A DNA stretch of 39,506 nt from Candidatus Nomurabacteria bacterium RIFCSPHIGHO2_01_FULL_36_23 (GTDB lineage Bacteria > Patescibacteriota > Minisyncoccia > Phycocordibacterales > UBA9973): contig MFTF01000012.1 in the NCBI GenBank assembly GCA_001786745.1, positions 1 to 39,506 of the forward strand, written 5' to 3'. The notes under the pieces were generated by a model. It was not told the DNA's origin and did no database searches. It was given only the letters and a program-made list of their open reading frames with translations. The translations under genes were made by a program, and so were the position numbers. Positions 28,890-35,987 of this stretch are shown one piece after another. Within the stretch, counting starts at the first letter, position 1. Every line of letters begins with the position of its first letter.

Positions 28890-28999
28890 GCTTTTGAAAT
28901 ACTGCTTTTTGTAGGGGTTTTGAAGCTGACGAGCTGAAAATTTCAGAATTTTTTAAGCTTCAAAAAATTCGTATCGAAGAAAAGCAGTATTTCAAAAGC
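28890..28999. mobile_element. MITE-like 110-bp element with perfect 20-bp terminal inverted repeats
   Basis: GCTTTTGAAATACTGCTTTT ... AAAAGCAGTATTTCAAAAGC; inner 10-bp IR 28918-28927/28956-28965. Confidence 0.6.
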
Positions 29000-29934
29000 T
29001 ACTTCCACTCAAATTCTCTTCCAAAATGTCCCCATAGAGAAGTATCGGCAAATTTTACTTTATCTAATTTTAAATATTCACGAATTCCTTTTGGACTCAA
29101 ATCGTAACCCGTAATTTGTTCTTCTTTGCCATCTATTATGGCCACAGCCATTACCGGATCCGACTTCCCTATGGCATAAGCGAGCTTGGTATATACTTCT
29201 TTGGCTTTTCGTTTTTCCAGTAGTTCCACAGCAATTCTACGGGCCATATAGGCCCCAGACCGATCAACTTTCGTATAATCTTTTCCAGAAAATGAACCTC
29301 CGCCGACAGGTATTTCCGGCCCATAGTTGTCTATGATTAATTTCCTGCCAGAAAGCCCAGTATCCACGTCAAATCCACCTTGATGCCACTCACCGGCCGG
29401 ATTTATTAAATATTCCTTAGCTGTAATTATGCTCTGCACAAGTTTTAAAAGTTCACCATTTTTAGTATTTTGAAAACTGGCGACAATGGTTTCTATTTTT
29501 CCATTTTTTGTTGTAACCTGCACCTTACCGTCAAACGGATACACTTTATAAATTTTTTTACAAAGATCCCGCGCTAGAATATATTCAAGCGGTAAAAATT
29601 CTTCCGTTTCGGCTGTGGCATATCCCTTCATAATTCCTTGATCTCCTGCCCCGCCAATATCCACCCCTTGAGCAATTTCTCTGCTTTGCAAAACTATATT
29701 TATAATAACTTTATAATCTTGACCTACAATACTTTTTACTAAATTTTCTACATCAGGTTTGGTCTGTGACGTTACTTCGCCATTTACAGTTATTAAATTA
29801 TGCCCGCCCATGACTTCAATCGCTACCCGGCTTTCTTTATCATCTTCCAGATAAGCGTCCAAAATACTATCCGCGATGAAGTCGCAAATTTTGTCGGGAT
29901 GTTTGGGGCTCACAAATTCGGCAGTTTTGGTCAT
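28999..29934 (-). CDS. metK: S-adenosylmethionine synthetase (compact)
   Basis: HPDKICD, GAGDQG, DTGLSGRK, GGGSFSGKD.TKVDRSGAY. Confidence 0.96.
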   Translation of the reverse strand: MTKTAEFVSPKHPDKICDFIADSILDAYLEDDKESRVAIEVMGGHNLITVNGEVTSQTKPDVENLVKSIVGQDYKVIINIVLQSREIAQGVDIGGAGDQGIMKGYATAETEEFLPLEYILARDLCKKIYKVYPFDGKVQVTTKNGKIETIVASFQNTKNGELLKLVQSIITAKEYLINPAGEWHQGGFDVDTGLSGRKLIIDNYGPEIPVGGGSFSGKDYTKVDRSGAYMARRIAVELLEKRKAKEVYTKLAYAIGKSDPVMAVAIIDGKEEQITGYDLSPKGIREYLKLDKVKFADTSLWGHFGREFEWK

Positions 29935-30060
29935 ATGATTTATAATTATAGATATATCATAGCAGGTGAAATGTAAAAAACAATATAGTTTTTTGACTCG
30001 TCCCCTTTTTTAATTTACATAACTGACGCTATAGCGTGATTGTAGTAAATAATAAAAAAT

Positions 30061-30405
30061 TTAATAAGCGCACTGCGCATCGATTTTTGCCGCAAGAATA
30101 AAATCGTTTTCGGAGAGACCGCCGATGGCGTGCGTGGAAAGTTTTAGCAAAACTTTGTTGTAGTGTATGTGAATATCCGGATGATGACCTTCTCTTTCTG
30201 CAATCTCTGCCACATTATTTACAAAATTAATCGCTCCGATAAAATCTTTGAACTTATATTCTTTGGAGATTTGTTTAACATCTTCGCTCAAAGTCCACTC
30301 GGAAACCTGTGCTATGTATTCCATGGCACTCGCACGGTCAAGTAGCTTGATTCCCCTCCCTTCGCAAGCAACACACATTTTCTTAAGTAAATTGTTTTTA
30401 CTCAT
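30061..30405 (-). CDS. phhB: Pterin-4a-carbinolamine dehydratase
   Basis: AEREGHHPDI, STHAIGGLSENDFILAAKID. Confidence 0.93.
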   Translation of the reverse strand: MSKNNLLKKMCVACEGRGIKLLDRASAMEYIAQVSEWTLSEDVKQISKEYKFKDFIGAINFVNNVAEIAEREGHHPDIHIHYNKVLLKLSTHAIGGLSENDFILAAKIDAQCAY

Positions 30406-30494
30406 TTTTATATTTTAACATTAATTTTAATTAAACCCAATTATTTACTAATGTAAGAAAATTTAATTAAAAAGTTTTCCACACCCCTATTATC

Positions 30495-30532
30495 TACTTT
30501 ACTTGACTAAAGTACTTTAGTTTGCTAAAGTA
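30495..30532 (+). promoter_or_regulatory. Two overlapping 20-bp palindromic operators covering a sigma70 promoter
   Basis: TACTTTACTTGACTAAAGTA (30495-30514) and TACTTTAGTTTGCTAAAGTA (30513-30532); TTGACT-N17-TAAAGT lies inside them. Confidence 0.85.
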
Positions 30533-30537
30533 GCAGT

Positions 30538-30933
30538 ATGAGTAAAGGAATGAATAAAAATACATCAATTAGAGTTGTTAAACTGATTGAAGGAATAGGC
30601 CCAAAAATCGACTGGAATACAAAGACAAATAAACAACTCGTGGACGCTGTGTTAGCTATTAAAAATGCTGATGAAGCAAAGCGCTTCTTGCGTGACCTGA
30701 TGACTGAAAGTGAGATTGAAGAATTCGCCAATCGTCTTGAGACTGCTCGCCTACTCGTGGGGGATGTACAATATAATACCATTATTCAAAATACTGGCCT
30801 TTCTTCCACAACTATCGCCCGAATATCAAAATGGCTTAAGGGCTCGCTCGGTGGCTATCGTCTTATCCTCGCTCGTCTTTCGAACCATCATCACAACCGT
30901 CCTAAACTTGGGAAAGGGTTGTCTTTGAGTTGA
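30538..30933 (+). CDS. TrpR-like YerC/YecD (HisR-type) repressor with His-triplet tail
   Basis: FLRDLMTESEIEEFANRL..A.LL...Y..I...TGLSSTTIARIS..L....GGY; tail NHHHNRP. Confidence 0.9.
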   Translation: MSKGMNKNTSIRVVKLIEGIGPKIDWNTKTNKQLVDAVLAIKNADEAKRFLRDLMTESEIEEFANRLETARLLVGDVQYNTIIQNTGLSSTTIARISKWLKGSLGGYRLILARLSNHHHNRPKLGKGLSLS

Positions 30934-30962
30934 TATTTATTTTATAATTATTTTTCGAAACC

Positions 30963-31004
30963 AACCCCTTCTCAAGTTTGAGAAGGGGTTTAAATTTGTT
31001 CTTT
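30963..31004 (+). terminator. Attenuator-type terminator between repressor and hisI
   Basis: Perfect 12-bp stem AACCCCTTCTCA/TGAGAAGGGGTT followed by an interrupted T-rich tract. Confidence 0.75.
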
Positions 31005-31021
31005 GAAAGGAAGGAAAACCA

Positions 31022-31399
31022 ATGATCGTCAAAGTAAATTGCATTCAACCTGACTTTACAAAACAGGGCGGGTTGATACCAGTGATCATCCAAAAACACA
31101 ACCAAGAGCAGAGAGGCGAAGTTTTGATGCTTGCCTATTCTAATAGTGAGGCCTATAATCTGACCAAAAAAACTGGATTAGTTCACTTCTGGTCACGTTC
31201 CAGAAAAAAACTCTGGAAGAAAGGAGAAACGTCTGGCAATCTATTGGTAGTAAGACAGATTTGGATGGATTGTGATCAAGACACTCTACTCTACGTAGTT
31301 ACTCCAAGGGGAACAGTATGTCATTTAGAAAAAAGTAGCTGTTTTTCCCAAGTTACTTATGTGGCGGGGGAAGAAATCGGGACAGTCTATACCACCTAA
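31022..31399 (+). CDS. hisI: Phosphoribosyl-AMP cyclohydrolase
   Basis: GLIPVIIQ, VLMLAY, FWSRSR..LWKKGETSG, DCDQD, CH....CF; purine-rich RBS. Confidence 0.93.
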   Translation: MIVKVNCIQPDFTKQGGLIPVIIQKHNQEQRGEVLMLAYSNSEAYNLTKKTGLVHFWSRSRKKLWKKGETSGNLLVVRQIWMDCDQDTLLYVVTPRGTVCHLEKSSCFSQVTYVAGEEIGTVYTT

Positions 31400-31567
31400 A
31401 CTGGAATGAGAATTGCAGACCCGTATGAGCAATCATGCGGGTGGAAGCAGATATCGGCAACAGAGAGGGTTGAAGTGAGATCAATAAGTATGGCAACCCA
31501 TGACCGTTTTATGGTGTGGTCTCAGCACCCCACCAGATAGAGGTAGTGAAAAGTTGCTCGGAGTAAC

Positions 31568-31603
31568 AAGGGGTAGAATTGTCTGAACAACAATCTGCCC
31601 CTT
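31568..31603. terminator. Hairpin/probable terminator between convergent hisI and rib units
   Basis: AAGGGGTAGA...TCTGCCCCTT stem. Confidence 0.55.
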
Positions 31604-31610
31604 CAATATT

Positions 31611-31645
31611 TCTATTCTATAATTCTATAGAATATTAGAATACTA
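31611..31645. repeat. 35-bp AT-rich hairpin repeat, copy 2
   Basis: Inverted match to 1934-1968 at 31/35. Confidence 0.7.
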
Positions 31646-31647
31646 TT

Positions 31648-31724
31648 TTAAGTATGCGCGTCGATTTTGGCCGCAAGAATGAAATCATTTACGGCACGCA
31701 TCTTTTCCTCAATAAATTACTCAT
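31648..31724 (-). pseudogene. Hollowed pterin-carbinolamine dehydratase remnant
   Basis: MSNLLRKRCVP fused out of frame to NDFILAAKIDAHT*; both ends match 30061-30405. Confidence 0.88.
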
Positions 31725-31731
31725 TAATTTT

Positions 31732-32178
31732 TTATTTAATTAAACCAAGTTCAAGCGCGGCTAAAGTCGCCTGGCCTCCGACATGAATTCTCTCTTTGGC
31801 TTGTTTTAAATTATTAACGGTCAGAATCCCAAAACCGACAGGGATATTATCTTCAATCATAACTTTTAAAACTCCCCCTTGCGCCATCTTACAGATATAA
31901 TCAAAATGCGGAGTATCTCCGCGAATAATGCATCCAAGCGCGACCAAAAAGTCATATTTTTTACTGAGCGCCATTTTGTGCAGAGCGAAAGGAATCTCAA
32001 ATGCCCCAGAGACATGGATAATTCTGATATTCTTTATCTTTACTTTACATTTTTTAAGATCAACCAGAGCATCGCTTAAAAGCTTTTCCGTGATTTCACC
32101 ATTCCACCGAGCCACGACAATGCCAGCTTTTAATTTGCTTCCGTCAAAATATTTTTTATTTTTATTTTTTGTTTGCAT
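31732..32178 (-). CDS. ribH: Lumazine synthase (start uncertain)
   Basis: VVARWN, VSGAFEIP, LGCIIRGDTPHFDY, PVGFGILT. Confidence 0.96.
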   Translation of the reverse strand: MQTKNKNKKYFDGSKLKAGIVVARWNGEITEKLLSDALVDLKKCKVKIKNIRIIHVSGAFEIPFALHKMALSKKYDFLVALGCIIRGDTPHFDYICKMAQGGVLKVMIEDNIPVGFGILTVNNLKQAKERIHVGGQATLAALELGLIK

Positions 32179-32776
32179 ATGCATATTTAGCAAGTATGTC
32201 AAATTCTAAATTTACCATATCTCCTTTTTTTTTATATTTTAAATTCGTATGTTTCAGAGTGTACGGAATAATTTTCACAATAAAAGAATTATGTAAAACT
32301 TTAACGACTGTCAGACTAATCCCCTCTACCGCAACCGACCCTTTGTAAATTAAAAATTTCTTTAAATTTTTGGCCGGCCCGCCTGCAACGCTATGCGTAG
32401 CATTGCGGGCAGGTATTTTTATTTCAAACACTTGCGAATTTTCTTCCTTTTTTATACTAATAATTTTGCCTTTTCCGTCAATATGTCCAAGCACCATGTG
32501 ACCATTTAGTCTATCGTCGAAACGTATTGAACGTTCAATATTTACTGTATCATCTTTTTTCAAAAAATTTAAATTGGAAAGTTTGAGAGTTTCCGGCATA
32601 TATTCAAAAAAGATATTTTTACCTGTTTTATTTACCGTAGAACAAATACCGTTGATACTTATGCTTTCTCCTAATTTTATTTTTCCTAAATTATTTAAAA
32701 TTGTTAAAGAAATACCGCTTTTATGAGATGTTATGTTTTTTACTTTTGCAGTTTTAGAAATTATGCCTGTGAACAT
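32162..32776 (-). CDS. ribE: Riboflavin synthase (alpha chain)
   Basis: MFTGII, INGICSTV, GHMVLGHIDG, KGSVAVEGISLTV, VNLEFDILAKY. Confidence 0.96.
   Translation of the reverse strand: MFTGIISKTAKVKNITSHKSGISLTILNNLGKIKLGESISINGICSTVNKTGKNIFFEYMPETLKLSNLNFLKKDDTVNIERSIRFDDRLNGHMVLGHIDGKGKIISIKKEENSQVFEIKIPARNATHSVAGGPAKNLKKFLIYKGSVAVEGISLTVVKVLHNSFIVKIIPYTLKHTNLKYKKKGDMVNLEFDILAKYAYANKK
32378..32413 (-). repeat. 36-bp palindromic element in frame (PARNATHSVAGG)
   Basis: CCTGCCCGCAATGCTACGCATAGCGTTGCAGGCGGG; copy 3 of 4. Confidence 0.92.
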
Positions 32777-33099
32777 TTTTTTATATCTTTTTTAATCTGC
32801 GCGATAAGTTTTTTCTCTGTTTTAAATTTTTTGAATTTTCTCAAAAATTCTTTTATTTCAAGAATTACTTTTTTCCTATATGCATCTCCGTTATATCTTA
32901 TTAGGTGAGCTTCGATCTTTCTATTGGGACCAACGACAATCCCCGCCCGATATTTTATATCATCCAAAACTGCTATTCCGACATAAATTCCGTCCGGAGG
33001 AAATTCTTTCGTTTCTGCATCTAAGTTTACAGTGGGAAATCCTAATTTTTTACCATATCCATCGCCCTTTATAACCTTACCGGAAATTATGTAATGCAT
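32761..33099 (-). CDS. Stand-alone riboflavin kinase domain
   Basis: G.VIKGDGYGKKLGFPTVNL, IEAHL, QIKKDI; lacks the FAD synthetase domain. Confidence 0.9.
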   Translation of the reverse strand: MHYIISGKVIKGDGYGKKLGFPTVNLDAETKEFPPDGIYVGIAVLDDIKYRAGIVVGPNRKIEAHLIRYNGDAYRKKVILEIKEFLRKFKKFKTEKKLIAQIKKDIKKCSQA

Positions 33100-33106
33100 T
33101 AAAAAA

Positions 33107-34501
33107 TTATTTTACTAATTTTATTCCCAATTCTTTCAATTGCTTTTCCTCTAAAGGTTTTGGCGCGTTCATCACAGCCGTTTTTCCACCTCTCGTCATT
33201 GGAAAAGCTACAACTTCGCGGAGATATGATTCACCTGTAAAATTCATTAGATTGCGCTCCACTCCAAGACCAATGCCCCCGTGAGGAGGCACACCATATG
33301 TAAATGCCTTAAGCATATGACCAATTCTATCTTCTATTTCTTTTTCAGAATATCCCATAACTTTATATGTAGCTTTTAAAATTTCTGGTTTGTGGGCGCG
33401 AATCGAACCCCCGCCGGATTCATAACCATTACACACTAAATCATATTGAGTGGTTAAAATATTTTTTATATTCTCACCCTTTATAAGCCACTCTACATGC
33501 TCTGGTATTGGCATAGAAAAGGGATTGTGGGTAAAAGTCCATTTTCCATTGTCTATTTTTTCAAAAAATGGAAAATTCACTACCCATGCATACGCGAGTA
33601 TATTTTTATTCTTTTTTTCTTCTTCGGTACGCATATCAAATTTATCGGCTCCGTATTTTTCTATTGATTCCTTGTGGGTAATTCTCGGGAATGGTTTTTG
33701 CTTTATGGTAAAACCCATGGATTCTACTACCGTAGTCATCATCTCTTCTATAAGATTCATAACGTCTTCCATCTCCACAAAAGACATTTCTACATCTACT
33801 TGAGTATGTTCAAATCCTCTGTCGGCTCGAAGATCTTCGTCCCTTAAAGCGCGCGCAATCTGAAAATATTTTTCAAAACCGCCTGTCATCAATAATTGTT
33901 TATACTGCTGTGGAGATTGAGGCAAGGCATAAAAATTTCCAGGATTAAGACGAGACGGCACAACAAAATCCCTTGAACCCTCCGGAGTAGATTCCGTCAA
34001 AAGCGGAGTTTCTATTTCTGTAAACATTTTAGAAAATAAAAATTCTCTAACCTTTTTTACAAACTCGCTTCTCATTCTTATGTTTTTTTGCATTCGTTCT
34101 GAACGCAAATCAAGATAACGATAAGCCAAGCGTGTTTCTTCATTTATTCCACTGGTATCATTTGTAATATCAAATGGAAGTGTTTCTGATTTATTTAAGA
34201 TTTCAATATTTGTCACTTCTAGCTCTACTTCCCCATTCAGTATCCCCGCTTTTACATTTTTATCTGGACGCTTATTCACAATGCCGATAATTTTTAAAAC
34301 CCACTCCGGCCTAATTTCTTTCGCAACCTCCATTACCTCCTTTCTGTTTGGTATGACAATAGCCTGCGCCTTGCCCGTCATATCGCGCATATCAAAAAAC
34401 ACCATTTTCCCCTGATCTCTTCTCACATCCACCCATCCGGCGATAGTCACTTCTTTCCCCACGTGATCTTTTAAATCTTTAATATAAATACGATTTTTCA
34501 T
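33107..34501 (-). CDS. aspS: Aspartate-tRNA ligase (short, lacks GAD insertion)
   Basis: RYLDLR, TPEGSRDF, LPQSPQQYKQ, RDEDLRADR, PPHGGIGLG. Confidence 0.95.
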   Translation of the reverse strand: MKNRIYIKDLKDHVGKEVTIAGWVDVRRDQGKMVFFDMRDMTGKAQAIVIPNRKEVMEVAKEIRPEWVLKIIGIVNKRPDKNVKAGILNGEVELEVTNIEILNKSETLPFDITNDTSGINEETRLAYRYLDLRSERMQKNIRMRSEFVKKVREFLFSKMFTEIETPLLTESTPEGSRDFVVPSRLNPGNFYALPQSPQQYKQLLMTGGFEKYFQIARALRDEDLRADRGFEHTQVDVEMSFVEMEDVMNLIEEMMTTVVESMGFTIKQKPFPRITHKESIEKYGADKFDMRTEEEKKNKNILAYAWVVNFPFFEKIDNGKWTFTHNPFSMPIPEHVEWLIKGENIKNILTTQYDLVCNGYESGGGSIRAHKPEILKATYKVMGYSEKEIEDRIGHMLKAFTYGVPPHGGIGLGVERNLMNFTGESYLREVVAFPMTRGGKTAVMNAPKPLEEKQLKELGIKLVK

Positions 34502-34538
34502 CTCAAGTATTTTATCATAAATTAAAAAAGAAAAATAG

Positions 34539-34618
34539 CTAACTCATCAATCCCAATTTCATCAACCTAGAACGTATGCCCCAGTTTTTAAAATATTTAA
34601 CGCCTGTTCTTGAGTCAT
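34539..34618 (-). pseudogene. Hollowed remnant, probably of a PIF1-like helicase/AAA ATPase
   Basis: MTQEQALNILKTGA then, in another frame, IRSRLMKLGLMS*; family assignment from recalled termini only. Confidence 0.6.
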
Positions 34619-34620
34619 AG

Positions 34621-34899
34621 TTAAAATATTCTTCCATTGATAATTTCGTATACTATCCGACGATGAGCAATTGCAAAAATTTTTATTTTATTGTCTTCTA
34701 TACGAAAAATTATCCTATAATCACCAACTCGCAACTTAAAATAATTCTTGAGCGATTTTCGTAGCGGTTTTCCATATAAGTCTGGTTCACTTGCCAATTT
34801 TGTCTCAAAAGCTTGTTTTATGCGAACTTTGTACGAACCTGATATCTTGGGAATATCAATTTTTACAACCTTATCTACATATATGATTTCATAGGTCAT
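34621..34899 (-). CDS. RelE/ParE-family toxin
   Basis: GKPLRKSLKNYFKLRVGDYRIIF, IAHRRIVYE. Confidence 0.92.
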   Translation of the reverse strand: MTYEIIYVDKVVKIDIPKISGSYKVRIKQAFETKLASEPDLYGKPLRKSLKNYFKLRVGDYRIIFRIEDNKIKIFAIAHRRIVYEIINGRIF

Positions 34900-34906
34900 G
34901 CAATAT

Positions 34907-35128
34907 CTATGCCCATGTTTGTTTGTGAGTTAAAAAACGAGCATTTTTTGTGTCACGCTCACTCGCCATTTTATCAAAAGCAATATCTTCTTCAATTTCA
35001 AGAGCAAGCCCCAAAAGATACACCGCTTTCGTAGCCTGTGGCATATTGTCACGCTTAGCAATACGAGAAAGCATTGTATCCAAACTCGATGATAAAGAAA
35101 TATTTATCCTTTTTTTTATTGTTGTCAT
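34907..35128 (-). CDS. Antitoxin (ribbon-helix-helix-like)
   Basis: KRINISL strand, LEIEED, LTHKQTW; immediately upstream of the toxin. Confidence 0.85.
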   Translation of the reverse strand: MTTIKKRINISLSSSLDTMLSRIAKRDNMPQATKAVYLLGLALEIEEDIAFDKMASERDTKNARFLTHKQTWA

Positions 35129-35134
35129 GTAAAT

Positions 35135-35164
35135 AGTGTATCAAAAGTGTATCACCTTTGTCAA
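35135..35164 (-). promoter_or_regulatory. TA promoter with direct-repeat operator
   Basis: TTGACA-N18-TACACT, 6 nt before ATG; TGATACACT twice at 12-bp period. Confidence 0.7.
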
Positions 35165-35185
35165 ATAGTTTATGTGGATAAATAA

Positions 35186-35230
35186 AAACAACGAGCAACA
35201 TTTCCTCCTTTCGGATGTTGCTCGTTGTTT
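35186..35230 (-). terminator. Intrinsic terminator after orphan gene
   Basis: Perfect 16-bp IR AAACAACGAGCAACAT/ATGTTGCTCGTTGTTT with T-rich tail on the minus strand. Confidence 0.75.
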
Positions 35231-35287
35231 GAGAGTTAATCAGGACTCTCATCCTGTTGCTCGGGTAGCGCCGAATCGACAATTTTC

Positions 35288-35629
35288 TTAGAAATGTGCA
35301 AAATTGTAAAAACGGCCGGCACCAAAAACCTCTTTGCAAATAACATCTACCACAACCGGCGCTTTGTCGGGGTTCTCCCTTGTCCAGTCGTTGGAAGATA
35401 GCGCTCTAGCCAATCGTTCTCCAAACTTTTCTAGAGTATCTGCTTCTCTAAAAAACATTGCGCTTGCAGAGGCAATAACAGTTGCCTCTTTTACTTCTCC
35501 CGAGGACCTGTTAGTTTCTGTGACCTCCATCCTAAATAAGAGGATACATTTCTCATCGGTATACCAATCAAGTAATCCTGATTTGTATTCTTCTGTCTGA
35601 TGCGATTCGTATTTCTCGGTTTGTCCCAT
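35288..35629 (-). CDS. Hypothetical protein
   Basis: 113 aa, RBS GGAAGGGAG, downstream terminator; no family recognised. Confidence 0.7.
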   Translation of the reverse strand: MGQTEKYESHQTEEYKSGLLDWYTDEKCILLFRMEVTETNRSSGEVKEATVIASASAMFFREADTLEKFGERLARALSSNDWTRENPDKAPVVVDVICKEVFGAGRFYNFAHF

Positions 35630-35706
35630 TTCTTTTTCTCCCTTCCAAAGAACTAAATTCTGACCTCTATAAGAGACCAGTTGGAGGAGTCAAAATGTTA
35701 TAAAAA

Positions 35707-35796
35707 TTACTTCGGCACCTTGAAACAAGTCTCTTTTGAAAAGTTGCAATAGCCGTGATAATAAAAATTGATTTTTTGAAAAGTTTTGATATTCAT
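35707..35796 (-). CDS. Putative leader peptide 2 (29 aa)
   Basis: MNIKTFQKINFYYHGYCNFSKETCFKVPK; resembles leader 1. Confidence 0.4.
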   Translation of the reverse strand: MNIKTFQKINFYYHGYCNFSKETCFKVPK

Positions 35797-35811
35797 AAAT
35801 TTAAATGAAAC

Positions 35812-35835
35812 AAAAAAACCGCTCTGTGGGCGGTC
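35812..35835 (-). terminator. Attenuator terminator after leader peptide 1
   Basis: GACCGC-CCACAGA-GCGGTT followed by a T run. Confidence 0.75.
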
Positions 35836-35861
35836 TTTTGTGCTTGGTTTTAGTAAATTAA

Positions 35862-35930
35862 TTAGCAAAAAGAAGACCGTCCTATTGGGCAGGTGTAATA
35901 GTTCACAGAAAATTTAACTAATAAATTCAT
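35862..35930 (-). CDS. Putative leaderless leader peptide 1 (22 aa)
   Basis: MNLLVKFSVNYYTCPIGRSSFC; TTGACA-N18-TATTAT ends 6 nt before ATG. Confidence 0.6.
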   Translation of the reverse strand: MNLLVKFSVNYYTCPIGRSSFC

Positions 35931-35987
35931 GCTTTTATAATAGCATAATGCTTCCCATAGTGTCAACTTTTATGCGATGGTTCTTTT

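Noticed and set aside
35173-35181. Perfect DnaA box TGTGGATAA, plus TTTTCCACA at 30475-30483
   Set aside because: Isolated boxes, no cluster or dnaA nearby, so not called oriC; could still be promoter-proximal sites.
35055-35339. 94-aa minus ORF
   Set aside because: Crosses a terminator and the TA promoter and overlaps two better-supported genes.
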